The notes: a model not told the origin generated them from the letters alone. A DNA stretch of 46,391 nt from Candidatus Omnitrophota bacterium (GCA_018824145.1 JAHJHC010000114.1:1-46391), one strand, 5' to 3'; shown: positions 8,133 through 17,052, counted from the first letter of the stretch. Translations and numbers: made by a program.

Positions 8133-9716
8133 TTAAAGCTTGATTAATTTCGCATCCAAAATATTCTTAATCTTCCTTATTTCAGAAAGTACTTTTTCAG
8201 GCACTGGGCTATCCACGTTTAATACTGACAGTGTCTTTCCACCCGGTTTTTCGCGGCCGAACGTCATTGTAGCGATGTTTATGTTGTTATTACCACAGAT
8301 GGTCCCTATCTTACCGATAATACCCGGTACATCAATATTGTGAGCTATCAACATATACCCCTGGGGTATAGCATCTACATGGAATTGGTCAATCTTTACG
8401 ATCCTGGCATCCTTCTTTGTAAATAAGGTCCCGGTAACAGATGTGGTACCTTTATCAGTCTTGACTTCTACGGTAATGAGATTCGCATATTCTTCAAGCT
8501 CAGAAGTCTTTGACTCCTTCACTTCTATGCCTCTTTCCTTCGCTACAATAAGCGAATTCACATAATTTACAGTCTCTTGCAGCACCGGAGTAAGAGTCCC
8601 TTTTACAATAGCTACGGTCAACGGAGACACAGTGTATTTGGCAATATCTCCCGAGTACTTTATATCTATCTTTGAAATCCTGCCTTTAGCAATCTGGGCA
8701 ACCAGTCCTCCTATCTTTTCGCTAAGTTCCACATAAGGCTGAAGGATTTTATAGAGCTCTATATCAATACAAGGCACATTGACTGCATTTCTTATTCCAC
8801 AACCTAACAATGCATCCCTTGCACTATTAGCAATATCAATAGCTACATTGACCTGTGCCTCTTCTGTAGAGGCGCCAAGGTGTGGCGTAAGAATAACCTC
8901 TGGGCATTTAAGCAAAGGATTATCTTTGGGAGGTTCCTTTTCATAAACATCCAAAGCCGCACCTGAAACCTTCCCGCTTTTTATACCCTCCAGAAGAGCA
9001 TTTTCATCTACTATGCCGCCCCTTGCACAATTTACTATGCGCACCCCTTCTTTCATATCTTTTATTGCCTTTCGGTCTATAATATGTTTGGTCTTGTCTG
9101 TCAAGGGTGTATGCACTGTAATATAGTCTGACTCTTTGAATATATCTTTCAGGTCAACTGACTCAACCCCTAATTCATTAGCCTTATCTATTGACAGAAA
9201 CGGATCATACGCTATTACCCTCATACCAAACGCAACTGCCCGCTTAGCAACTTCATTTCCAATTCTACCAAGGCCTATTATTCCCAGGATCTTACCGTAC
9301 AACTCTACTCCCATGAATTTTTTCCTCTCCCATTCTCCTCTCTTTGTAGAGGCGTCTGCCTGGGATATATTCCTAGAAAGAGATAGGATAAGCGACATAG
9401 TATGTTCTGCCGTTGAGATGGTATTTCCGCCCGGTGTATTCATGACAATAATGCCCTGCTTTGAGGCTGCTTCTAAATCCACATTGTCAAGACCCACACC
9501 AGCCCTTCCTATTACCTTTAATTTATCAGCACTTTCTATTATCTCTTTTGTAACCTTGGTAGAGCTACGTACTAAAAGCGCGTCATAATCCTTGATAATC
9601 TTTTTCAGCTCCTCCGGCGGAAGTTTCAACTTAACATCCACCTTAAATTCCTTAACTTTCCTCAATACCTCAATCCCTTCTTCTGCCAGAGAATCACTGA
9701 TAAGTATTTTAAACAT
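8133..9716 (-). CDS. serA: D-3-phosphoglycerate dehydrogenase (long form with ACT domain)
   Basis: RAGVGLDNVD, GIIGLGRIG, NCARGGIVDE, TPHLGASTEEAQ, C-terminal ACT (DVPGIIGKIG). Confidence 0.96.
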   Translation of the reverse strand: MFKILISDSLAEEGIEVLRKVKEFKVDVKLKLPPEELKKIIKDYDALLVRSSTKVTKEIIESADKLKVIGRAGVGLDNVDLEAASKQGIIVMNTPGGNTISTAEHTMSLILSLSRNISQADASTKRGEWERKKFMGVELYGKILGIIGLGRIGNEVAKRAVAFGMRVIAYDPFLSIDKANELGVESVDLKDIFKESDYITVHTPLTDKTKHIIDRKAIKDMKEGVRIVNCARGGIVDENALLEGIKSGKVSGAALDVYEKEPPKDNPLLKCPEVILTPHLGASTEEAQVNVAIDIANSARDALLGCGIRNAVNVPCIDIELYKILQPYVELSEKIGGLVAQIAKGRISKIDIKYSGDIAKYTVSPLTVAIVKGTLTPVLQETVNYVNSLIVAKERGIEVKESKTSELEEYANLITVEVKTDKGTTSVTGTLFTKKDARIVKIDQFHVDAIPQGYMLIAHNIDVPGIIGKIGTICGNNNINIATMTFGREKPGGKTLSVLNVDSPVPEKVLSEIRKIKNILDAKLIKL

Positions 9717-9730
9717 ACATGACTCCTTAA

Positions 9731-10897
9731 TTATAATGTTTTCTCAAATGCCTTAACCCCAACACCCTTTTCAAACTTATATCCCATATCAGAAAGGACC
9801 GTCTCTAGTGTATCTATACAAACCTTTAAATCAGACGGTGTTATATGACCCATTGTTGCTATCCTGAAAATCTTTCCTTTTAACTGCGCCTGCCCTCCGG
9901 CAATAGCCACACCATATTTATCCCGCATTGTCTTAACGAGTTTTCCTCCGTCAATACCTTCAGGTACTTTAACAGCAGTAACTGCATCTGAATATGCATC
10001 CGGCGCAAAAAGTTCCAGCTTGAGCGCCTTCATTGCGTTACGCACTCCTTGTGCATTTTTCTTGTGTTTACTCAATACATTCTCAAGCCCATCTTTTTTA
10101 AACACCTTCAATGCCTCATTTAAACCTATGATAAGATTCACTGCAGGCGTATAAGGCGTATCGTCTTTCTCTATGGATTTCTTATGAGCAGAAAAACTAA
10201 AATAATATTTTGGGAGTTTTGAGCTACTAACCATCTCTAACGCCTTCTGGCTTAAGCTTACAAACGAAAGCCCTGGCGGGATCATCAATCCCTTTTGCGA
10301 ACCAGCCACACAGACATCTATTCCCCACTCGTCTGTTTTAATAGGGACAGCTCCCAATGCACTTATGGCATCTACGACTAAAACTGCATTTGAAGGCTTT
10401 ACGATCTTGCCGATTGCTTCTATATCAATTGATACGCCGGTTGAGGTCTCGCACAAGGTGGTAAATACTGCCTTTATCTCTGCCATAGGCGGACCCGCCA
10501 ATTTTTGTGGCGGGAGTGTTCCCTTCTCAGTCAGTATCTTTTTTATAACTTCCGGATCAACTGCCTTACCCCACTCTACGTCTATCGGGATAAACTCTAT
10601 ACCGTAAGCATCACATAACTCTCCCCATCTCTCTCCGAATTTTCCTGCCCTTACAACTATGGCCTTATCTCCGGGAGAAAGCAAATTAGTAACAGTCCCC
10701 TCCATAGCACCGGTCCCGCTCGAAGAAAATATAAGGACGTTGTTTTTTGTCTGAAACACATGCTTTAAATCAGCTTCGACTTCCTTCAATATTGTCTGAA
10801 ACTGAGGTGTCCTGTGATGTATAATGGGTCTTGCCATTGCATCCAGTACCTCTTTAGGCACTGGCGTCGGCCCTGGGGTAAGTAGATAATTCTTCAT
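9731..10897 (-). CDS. Class V PLP aminotransferase (alanine-glyoxylate/serine-pyruvate type; likely SerC role next to serA)
   Basis: LLTPGPT, SSGTGAME, ETSTG, DAISALG, GSQKGLMIPPGL (PLP lysine). Confidence 0.9.
   Translation of the reverse strand: MKNYLLTPGPTPVPKEVLDAMARPIIHHRTPQFQTILKEVEADLKHVFQTKNNVLIFSSSGTGAMEGTVTNLLSPGDKAIVVRAGKFGERWGELCDAYGIEFIPIDVEWGKAVDPEVIKKILTEKGTLPPQKLAGPPMAEIKAVFTTLCETSTGVSIDIEAIGKIVKPSNAVLVVDAISALGAVPIKTDEWGIDVCVAGSQKGLMIPPGLSFVSLSQKALEMVSSSKLPKYYFSFSAHKKSIEKDDTPYTPAVNLIIGLNEALKVFKKDGLENVLSKHKKNAQGVRNAMKALKLELFAPDAYSDAVTAVKVPEGIDGGKLVKTMRDKYGVAIAGGQAQLKGKIFRIATMGHITPSDLKVCIDTLETVLSDMGYKFEKGVGVKAFEKTL
10479..10514. repeat. Two tandem GC hairpins inside the aminotransferase CDS (36 bp, frame-preserving)
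   Basis: TCTGCC-ATA-GGCGGA followed by CCCGCCA-N7-TGGCGGG; overlaps peptide LPPQKLAGPPMAE. Confidence 0.65.
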
Positions 10898-10922
10898 TGT
10901 TATCCTTTCTTTCTATCACACG

Positions 10923-11516
10923 TCATTTTTTCTTTTTCCCTACTATAACTTCATCAATAACGCCATACGACTTTGCCTCTTCAGCAGACATAAAATAATC
11001 CCTGTCCGTATCCTGTTGAATCTTTTCTAATTTCTGGCCAGTGTGCTTAGCAAGTATCTCATTTATCCTATCTCGCATCTTTAAGATCTCTTTGGCCTGT
11101 ATGTTTATATCAGAGGCCTGGCCCTGTACGCCTCCCCAAGGTTGGTGTATCATTACCCTTGAGTTAGGAAGAGCCAATCGTTTACCTTTTGTACCTGCTG
11201 CAAGGAGCACTGCGCCCATGCTTGTTGCCTGGCCCATACAATAGGTGCAGATATCAGGTTTTACAAATTGCATTGTATCGTATATTGCCAAACCTGCGGT
11301 AACGATTCCGCCCGGACTATTAACATAGATATTTATATCTCTATCCGGATCTTCTGTCTGGAGAAAAAGCATTTGAGCAATAACAAGATTTGCGACTACG
11401 TCATCTATACCAGTACCTATAAATATTATCCTGTCTTTTAATAACCTGGAATAGATATCATACGCTCGTTCACCTCTATCTGACTGTTCGACTACTATTG
11501 GGACTAGCATTGACAT
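10923..11516 (-). CDS. clpP: ATP-dependent Clp protease proteolytic subunit
   Basis: [31 protein letters not shown] (Ser), RVMIHQP (His), DTDRD (Asp). Confidence 0.97.
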   Translation of the reverse strand: MSMLVPIVVEQSDRGERAYDIYSRLLKDRIIFIGTGIDDVVANLVIAQMLFLQTEDPDRDINIYVNSPGGIVTAGLAIYDTMQFVKPDICTYCMGQATSMGAVLLAAGTKGKRLALPNSRVMIHQPWGGVQGQASDINIQAKEILKMRDRINEILAKHTGQKLEKIQQDTDRDYFMSAEEAKSYGVIDEVIVGKKKK

Positions 11517-11530
11517 GTTTTTCCTCCTTT

Positions 11531-12583
11531 TTATTTAACTGCTGCTTCCTTCAACAAAAACTCCATCACCTTCTTATTTCTCATATTCACTGCTATTTCA
11601 TCAAGCAAGTGATTCTCTTCCAAGTATTTTCTTATCTCATCTTTTGATTTTTTATACTGCGCTGCCATTTCTTCGATGCGTTTTTCTAAATCCTCTTTTT
11701 TAATATATATCTTCTCAACTTGTGCGATTTTATCTAATATAAAAAATGCCTTCACCTGGCGCTCTGCCTGTTTCTGTGAATTCGACTCTAACTCTTTTTT
11801 ATCCTTATCTGTCAATGTGAACTTTTTGTCGGGATTTTGCTTTTTCTGAATAGCCTCCATATAAGACAAGCGTTGATTTGCGTCTTTTAACAATCTCTCT
11901 TTCTCGGCATTTACCAGTGAATCCGGGATTTCAAAATTCATCCGATCTGCAAGTTGGTTAATGATCTGTATTTCCAAATCAGCCGCACTTTCGTTTTCAA
12001 GCCTATATTGCAGATTCTTTCGTACGGCATCTTTTAACATCTCTAAATTATCAAATCCTAAATCCTTAGCAAACTCATCATCTATCTCAGGAAGGACTTT
12101 TTCCTTTTCTTGGCTGTCCTTTTTAGGTACATTCTGCGCATTCGCCTCTCTCAATGACTCAATGTTTTTTTGAACATCTTCCTCTTTCACCTCTGCTTTT
12201 TTCTTATTTAATTTCAGGGCCTTATAGTTCTTTAAAGGAATATCCGGCCTTGTCTCAAATGTAGCCTTGTAAGAAAACCCTTCTTTTAAATCGAGTTTCA
12301 CGTCACTTACATCAGGGTATCCTATCGGGTCTAACTTGTATTCATCCAGGATTTTCCTGTAACTCTCAGGAATAAGGTTTTTCATTACCTCTTCTTTTGC
12401 AGTCTTCCCATAGTGAAGTTCCAGCAAATCCTGTGGCGCCTTCCCCACTCTATACCCGGGAACATTGGCAACCTTACCTATACTATTATAGACCTTTTTA
12501 AATTCATCCTCCACTCTTTCAAGCGGAAGTTTTACCTCTACAACCTTTTTGCAATTCTTGAGTTTTTTTATGGATGATTTCAT
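11531..12583 (-). CDS. tig: Trigger factor lacking the central FKBP PPIase domain
   Basis: Ribosome-binding loop variant [10 protein letters not shown]; [13 protein letters not shown] follows the N-domain linker almost directly; 350 aa; upstream of clpP. Confidence 0.9.
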   Translation of the reverse strand: MKSSIKKLKNCKKVVEVKLPLERVEDEFKKVYNSIGKVANVPGYRVGKAPQDLLELHYGKTAKEEVMKNLIPESYRKILDEYKLDPIGYPDVSDVKLDLKEGFSYKATFETRPDIPLKNYKALKLNKKKAEVKEEDVQKNIESLREANAQNVPKKDSQEKEKVLPEIDDEFAKDLGFDNLEMLKDAVRKNLQYRLENESAADLEIQIINQLADRMNFEIPDSLVNAEKERLLKDANQRLSYMEAIQKKQNPDKKFTLTDKDKKELESNSQKQAERQVKAFFILDKIAQVEKIYIKKEDLEKRIEEMAAQYKKSKDEIRKYLEENHLLDEIAVNMRNKKVMEFLLKEAAVK

Positions 12584-12591
12584 TTTTATTT

Positions 12592-12677
12592 AAACGCTAA
12601 TTGTCGTAAATCTAACGCAGATATTCGCGAATAATTTATTTGCGACCATTCGCGTTAGATTTGCGTATATTTGCGTT
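12592..12677. repeat. Long imperfect inverted repeat built of ACGC/TTTGCG-like subunits between lptB and tig
   Basis: AAATCTAACGC...TCGCGAATA mirrored by TATTTGCGA...GCGTTAGATTT. Confidence 0.65.
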
Positions 12678-12680
12678 CAA

Positions 12681-13415
12681 TCACATTCGAAATTTTTCCC
12701 CCAGATAAATCTGGCGCGCCTTTGGATCACTAACCAATACTTCTTTACTTCCTGATATAAGTATTCTTCCATCCGCCATTATATACGAACGGTCAGTTAT
12801 TTCAAGTGTTTCTCTTACATTGTGGTCTGTAAGAAGTATACCCAAACCCTTTTTCTTAAGTCCTGCGATAATCTCCTGGGCATCTGCCACTGCAATAGGG
12901 TCTATGCCACTAAAGGGCTCATCAAGAAGTATAAATAAAGGATTCTTTACCAATGCCCTAGTGATTTCTAATCTGCGTCTCTCTCCTCCTGAAAGTAAAT
13001 AGGCCCTTTTCTTTGCTAAATGACTAATATGCAATTCATCGAGGAGCGTCTTTAACCTCTCTTTACGAGCTGTCCTTGAAATATCAAGTGTCTCAAGTAT
13101 AGCCATTATATTTTCTTCAACAGTGAGCTTTCTAAATATGGATGGTTCCTGTGAAAGATAACCGATTCCATTGCGGGAACGTTTATACATCGTTAGTTTT
13201 GTAATATCCTTGCCGTCAAAGATTATACTCCCTTGTTCCGGTTTCAACATACCTACAATCATGTAGAAAGTAGTAGTCTTTCCAGCGCCATTAGGTCCTA
13301 AAAGCCCTACGATCTCACCTCTTTTAATCCTTATACTTACGCCGTTTACTACTCTCTTACCGTCGTAAGACTTTGCAAGGCCTTCTACTTCAAGTAAATG
13401 TCCGTTATTGTTCAT
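12681..13415 (-). CDS. lptB: LPS export ABC transporter ATPase
   Basis: GPNGAGKTTTFYM, YLSQEPSIFRKL, LSGGERRRLEI, LLDEPFSGIDP, TDHNVRETL, YLGEKF. Confidence 0.97.
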   Translation of the reverse strand: MNNNGHLLEVEGLAKSYDGKRVVNGVSIRIKRGEIVGLLGPNGAGKTTTFYMIVGMLKPEQGSIIFDGKDITKLTMYKRSRNGIGYLSQEPSIFRKLTVEENIMAILETLDISRTARKERLKTLLDELHISHLAKKRAYLLSGGERRRLEITRALVKNPLFILLDEPFSGIDPIAVADAQEIIAGLKKKGLGILLTDHNVRETLEITDRSYIMADGRILISGSKEVLVSDPKARQIYLGEKFRM

Positions 13416-13423
13416 AAGATCCT

Positions 13424-14290
13424 CTATTGAATAATTAGTTTTGGGTTTTTAGGCAATATCACACGATCCTCATCAACCAGATAGATTGCCTTATCACTAT
13501 ATGTCACGCTTTCATTGTTTAGTATCCTTACATTGCCTCTGGCAACCACGCATTTTACACGCCGGGTAGTCGGCCTAAAATAAACATCTATACGGTCAGC
13601 TAATATATCAGTCCGTATATTTTCAACTCTCACATTATTAAGAAAAGTCGCTTTATTTTTCTTGTAATTCAATTCAAGAGGACCGTCGCATGTAATAATC
13701 GTATCCTGCCTGTCCTCCGACCTGTCCTCCGAAGCCTTGGCGTAGGAGGAAGCCTTGGCGTAGGAAGATACTCTGTACCCCAAAGTATCTGTCTCTGCAG
13801 ATCCTATATTAGCTACTACATCCTTTTTCAACATAGCGGTTCTATGTCTTAAATCGCAAAACGCACCTTTACCATCGGCCTGAAAATCAGCCCTGTTTAT
13901 ATTTACATAACTATCTGTAAAAACATTCTTAGCCTCTGCATTCCAGTCTAAAGAATCTGTTTTTAAAGTTGCCCCATCTGTTGATTTCAACACTACATCA
14001 TCTTCAAGATGGACTATGTTATCTTTCCTATTAAAGTCACCGAACCTGGCCTTTAATTTAAAGGCCTTATCCCCTGAAAATGCTATTGCTGAAATCTCAT
14101 CGAATTTAATCCTATCATCCACTACCTCTGCTGAGGCGCCGTTTAACTCCCATTTTTTCTCTCCGCCGTCTTCATATTGCACAAGAGAAAAACCACCAAC
14201 CTCCTGATTAGGTTCTATTCCCTCCTGTGCTAAGGAAAAAGGACACACATTTAAAATCAACAAAATAGTCAATACAATTGCTTTACACAT
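13424..14290 (-). CDS. lptC: LptC-like domain fused to an LptA/OstA-like domain
   Basis: N-terminal hydrophobic segment; KKWELNG...TLKTDSLDWN (LptC-like); ITCDGPLELNY...ATFLNNVRV...VARGNVRI...DKAIY (LptA-like); directly upstream of lptB. Confidence 0.8.
   Translation of the reverse strand: MCKAIVLTILLILNVCPFSLAQEGIEPNQEVGGFSLVQYEDGGEKKWELNGASAEVVDDRIKFDEISAIAFSGDKAFKLKARFGDFNRKDNIVHLEDDVVLKSTDGATLKTDSLDWNAEAKNVFTDSYVNINRADFQADGKGAFCDLRHRTAMLKKDVVANIGSAETDTLGYRVSSYAKASSYAKASEDRSEDRQDTIITCDGPLELNYKKNKATFLNNVRVENIRTDILADRIDVYFRPTTRRVKCVVARGNVRILNNESVTYSDKAIYLVDEDRVILPKNPKLIIQ
13709..13768. repeat. Two nested copies of a 30-bp palindromic element inside lptC
   Basis: Inner CCTGTCCTCCGAAGCCTTGGCGTAGGAGGA at 13721-13750 splits the outer copy (13709-13720 + 13751-13768). 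Confidence 0.9.
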
Positions 14291-14299
14291 CTCTTATCC

Positions 14300-15190
14300 C
14301 TATGGGCGGGTCTTCCACCTTTCATGAAACCAGACCCAGTGTGACGGAAATCTCCTTATGTAGTCTTCTATAACCTTTGTATATCTACCCGTATTTTCTA
14401 AGATATCCATATGTCTGTCTCCTGTAACACTTAACTCTATAGGCTCATCGATTAAAATCTCATGCCCAAATTTCTTATTCACTATAAAACACGGTATTAT
14501 AGGGGCGCCCGTTAAAAAATTCAGGACTGCCGGTCCATTAGGCGTATAAGCCAACCTGCCAAAAAAATCAACAAATACCCCCGAGATACTATGCATATCC
14601 TGGTCAGGCATCATCCCTACAAACTCATTCTTTTTGAGAAGGGCTATTACATCCTTTGCAGAGGCATCTCTATATAAGATATTTACTCCATGACGCTGTC
14701 TAACTTTACCCAGGAACCTCTCGAACTGTTCCATTCTAACGCGTCTCGCGATTACATTTACCGAATACCCTTTTATTGCGAAGTAATGGGCCAAAAACTC
14801 CCAATTTCCGAAATGCGCAGATAAAACTATCCCGCCCTTACCCTGTTTAATAAGGCATTCTATTACCTGAAGTCCTCTGCATCCTATATAATCATCTATA
14901 TTGCGCCTGTTAAACTTAGAAAGACTTATTACCTCTATAAAATTTTTACCTAGATTTCCAAAGAGCTCTTTTATTATGGCCTCTTTATCTTTTAGAGACT
15001 TAGTCTCACCAAAGGCAATATCAAGATTATTTAATGCAGTCCTACGTACCTTTTTAAGTATATAAAAAGCTGCCTTTCCAATACACTCGCCTATCTTTAG
15101 ACTTAACTTAATCGGCAAAATAAAAATAAAAAAACTCAAGAGTCTAAAGAGTAAAAAAAGAATAACCCGTCTCGGCTTTTTTCTAGCCAT
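14300..15190 (-). CDS. Lipid A late acyltransferase (LpxL/HtrB family)
   Basis: SAHFGNWE, MMPDQD, VFVDFFG, PSHWVWFHERWK. Confidence 0.92.
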   Translation of the reverse strand: MARKKPRRVILFLLFRLLSFFIFILPIKLSLKIGECIGKAAFYILKKVRRTALNNLDIAFGETKSLKDKEAIIKELFGNLGKNFIEVISLSKFNRRNIDDYIGCRGLQVIECLIKQGKGGIVLSAHFGNWEFLAHYFAIKGYSVNVIARRVRMEQFERFLGKVRQRHGVNILYRDASAKDVIALLKKNEFVGMMPDQDMHSISGVFVDFFGRLAYTPNGPAVLNFLTGAPIIPCFIVNKKFGHEILIDEPIELSVTGDRHMDILENTGRYTKVIEDYIRRFPSHWVWFHERWKTRP

Positions 15191-15199
15191 GGCTGAAAT

Positions 15200-15229
15200 A
15201 TGGTATCATATATAGCATATAAAAGTCAA
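15200..15229 (-). promoter_or_regulatory. Putative promoter of the acyltransferase-lptC-lptB unit (near-leaderless)
   Basis: TTGACT (15229-15224)-N18-TACCAT (15205-15200) with extended TG; ATG 10 nt downstream. Confidence 0.45.
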
Positions 15230-15240
15230 CCTGAAAACCC

Positions 15241-15269
15241 TTGCCTTTTTGATTTTCATATGATATTTT
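15241..15269 (+). promoter_or_regulatory. Putative divergent promoter of the small protein/protease pair
   Basis: TTGCCT-N17-TATTTT with TGn extension. Confidence 0.35.
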
Positions 15270-15279
15270 AATAAAGGGG

Positions 15280-15522
15280 GTGATAAGATTGTATTCTCAG
15301 ACAATCGAAGAGATCAAAAAAAGGCATCGCCAAGAATGGCTTCTTATTTCAGTGGACAAGGTAGATGAATCTACTACCACACCTATCTCCGGCAGACTCA
15401 TTGCTCATAGCCCTCAGAGGGATGAAATTTATAAGAAACTACTCGTCTTTAAGCGGAGAAAGCCGGTTCTTATTTCTTACTCCGAAGACACTGCACCTGG
15501 AAACTTTATCACTGGATTCTAA
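15280..15522 (+). CDS. Small hypothetical protein, DUF5678-like
   Basis: EEIKKRHRQEWLLI...GRLIAHSPQRDEIY pattern resembles small proteins found upstream of retropepsins (from recall); true start may be TTG 15289. Confidence 0.7.
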   Translation: MIRLYSQTIEEIKKRHRQEWLLISVDKVDESTTTPISGRLIAHSPQRDEIYKKLLVFKRRKPVLISYSEDTAPGNFITGF

Positions 15523-15528
15523 AGATAA

Positions 15529-15924
15529 ATGGCAAAATTCAAACTAGCATCAGAAAAAGGGTTATTAATCTGCCATGTCAAGATCTCTGGAAAAGGTAAG
15601 CCAGTATTAATGAAAATGGCCATTGATACAGGCACTACTATAACCATCGTCCCCTACGAAGCTGTATTAAGCATTGGTTTAGTTCCTGAAAATTCAAATA
15701 GAACAATAGAAGTAACAACAGGCAGCGGCAGCGTAACACGTCCGATAGTAACCATCCCTAAATTCTCATGTTTTGGATTTACGATCAGAGACCTAGACGT
15801 AATCTGTCACAATCTCCCATCAGAAAGCCCAGTTGAAGGCCTACTGTGTCTAAACTTCCTAAAAACCTTCAAACTAATCCTAGACTTCCCAAAAAATACA
15901 ATCCAAATAGTAAAGAAAAAATAA
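15529..15924 (+). CDS. Retropepsin-like (clan AA) single-domain aspartic protease
   Basis: AIDTGTT catalytic motif; flap EVTTGSG; C-terminal GLLCLNFL (canonical GLLG). Confidence 0.85.
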   Translation: MAKFKLASEKGLLICHVKISGKGKPVLMKMAIDTGTTITIVPYEAVLSIGLVPENSNRTIEVTTGSGSVTRPIVTIPKFSCFGFTIRDLDVICHNLPSESPVEGLLCLNFLKTFKLILDFPKNTIQIVKKK

Positions 15925-15933
15925 TTAAAATAA

Positions 15934-16592
15934 TTGTACCGTTTGCGAATTTAGCTACCCACCTGTCCCTTTTTTCAAGATTAAAAGTGTCCCCATTGTA
16001 AAAAATTGAAAGAAAACCCCATACTACTGTGTCTATATATAAGGAGGTGATAAAATATGGCTAGAATAGGTAGGGTTTACAGTGGTTGTTATTGCTATCA
16101 CATTATTACAAGAGGCAACCAAAAACAAAATGTTTTCTTAAATGAAAAAGACTACGCTAGATATGTTGGCATATTAAAAAGAGCTAAAAGAAAATACAAT
16201 ATTCTACTTTTTTCCTATTGCCTTATGCCAAATCATGTACATCTTTTGATTGAAACAAAATCATCTAGTAATATGTCGAACTTTATGCGCTGGATTAATC
16301 GAGGGTACGCAGCATATTTTAATACAGCTTACCAGAAAACAGGCCACTTGTGGCAAGGCAGGTTTAAGAGTAAACCTATATTAAAAGGGCAATATTTAAT
16401 TCATTGCGGAAACTATATCGAAGCTAACCCTGTTAGAGCAAATATTGCAGATGATATAGCAAACTATAAATGGAGTAGCTATAAAGAAAGATGTCTATTA
16501 TCTAAAAGTTCCATACTAGATGGGATAGTTAGGGGACAGTTTTAATCTTAAAATTGGGGACACTTTGATAGGTGAATTCGCAAACGGTACAA
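15934..16592 (+). mobile_element. 659-bp RAYT cassette bounded by 61-bp imperfect inverted repeats (outer 18 bp perfect)
   Basis: Left arm 15934-15994, right arm 16532-16592; TTGTACCGTTTGCGAATT / AATTCGCAAACGGTACAA; two TGTCCC/GGGACA boxes 24 bp apart in each arm; no target duplication seen. Confidence 0.85.
16057..16545 (+). CDS. REP-associated tyrosine transposase (Y1 HUH, IS200-like superfamily)
   Basis: YHIITRGN, YCLMPNHVHLL (HUH), GHLWQGRFKS, YIEANPVRA (catalytic Tyr), YKWSSY; RBS AAGGAGGTGA. Confidence 0.92.
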   Translation: MARIGRVYSGCYCYHIITRGNQKQNVFLNEKDYARYVGILKRAKRKYNILLFSYCLMPNHVHLLIETKSSSNMSNFMRWINRGYAAYFNTAYQKTGHLWQGRFKSKPILKGQYLIHCGNYIEANPVRANIADDIANYKWSSYKERCLLSKSSILDGIVRGQF

Positions 16593-16601
16593 AGCTCGTT
16601 G

Positions 16602-17051
16602 CTAATTTTGATCTGTGGGGTTTAGTTTTAGAGTGTATGTTTCTTCTTCTTGTTCTAGGACTACACTGTTTTGATTGATCTCAATTATGGTTACACCGCC
16701 TAGAATCTCACCTACCTCTACAACATTATTATTTATAATAGCATATGGGGTATCTTTGTCCCATACAATGCCGTTTAGAATTAAACCCTCTAACGTAGCA
16801 CCCATTGAAGGGCCTAGAAAAAATGGGTCCCTGCCCCATCCCTCTTTTATATCGGATTCTTCTATCTCGGGTATATCAAAAGAGATAGGTGCAGATAAAG
16901 AAGATACTACTTCAGTATTTGCCTTGATTATTAAAAATTTCTTCTTGTGAATTTTTTGAACATTACCAATAACTAAAAATATCAAGAAGATAATGCCAAT
17001 ACCTGTTATTGTAAGTTCAAGCCTCTCTTTTTTACCTAAGTTTTTAAACAT
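16602..17051 (-). CDS. PilP/MshK/GspC-like pilus assembly protein
   Basis: N-terminal TM; WGRDPF; LILNGIVWD...AIINNNVVEVGE...IIEINQNSVVL beta domain; follows pilO. Confidence 0.7.
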   Translation of the reverse strand: MFKNLGKKERLELTITGIGIIFLIFLVIGNVQKIHKKKFLIIKANTEVVSSLSAPISFDIPEIEESDIKEGWGRDPFFLGPSMGATLEGLILNGIVWDKDTPYAIINNNVVEVGEILGGVTIIEINQNSVVLEQEEETYTLKLNPTDQN

Positions 17052-17052
17052 A

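Noticed and set aside
16057-16545. Classical IS200/IS605 element or TnpB system
   Set aside because: No tnpB; motifs (TRGN, WQGRF, NPVRA, WSSY) are RAYT-type
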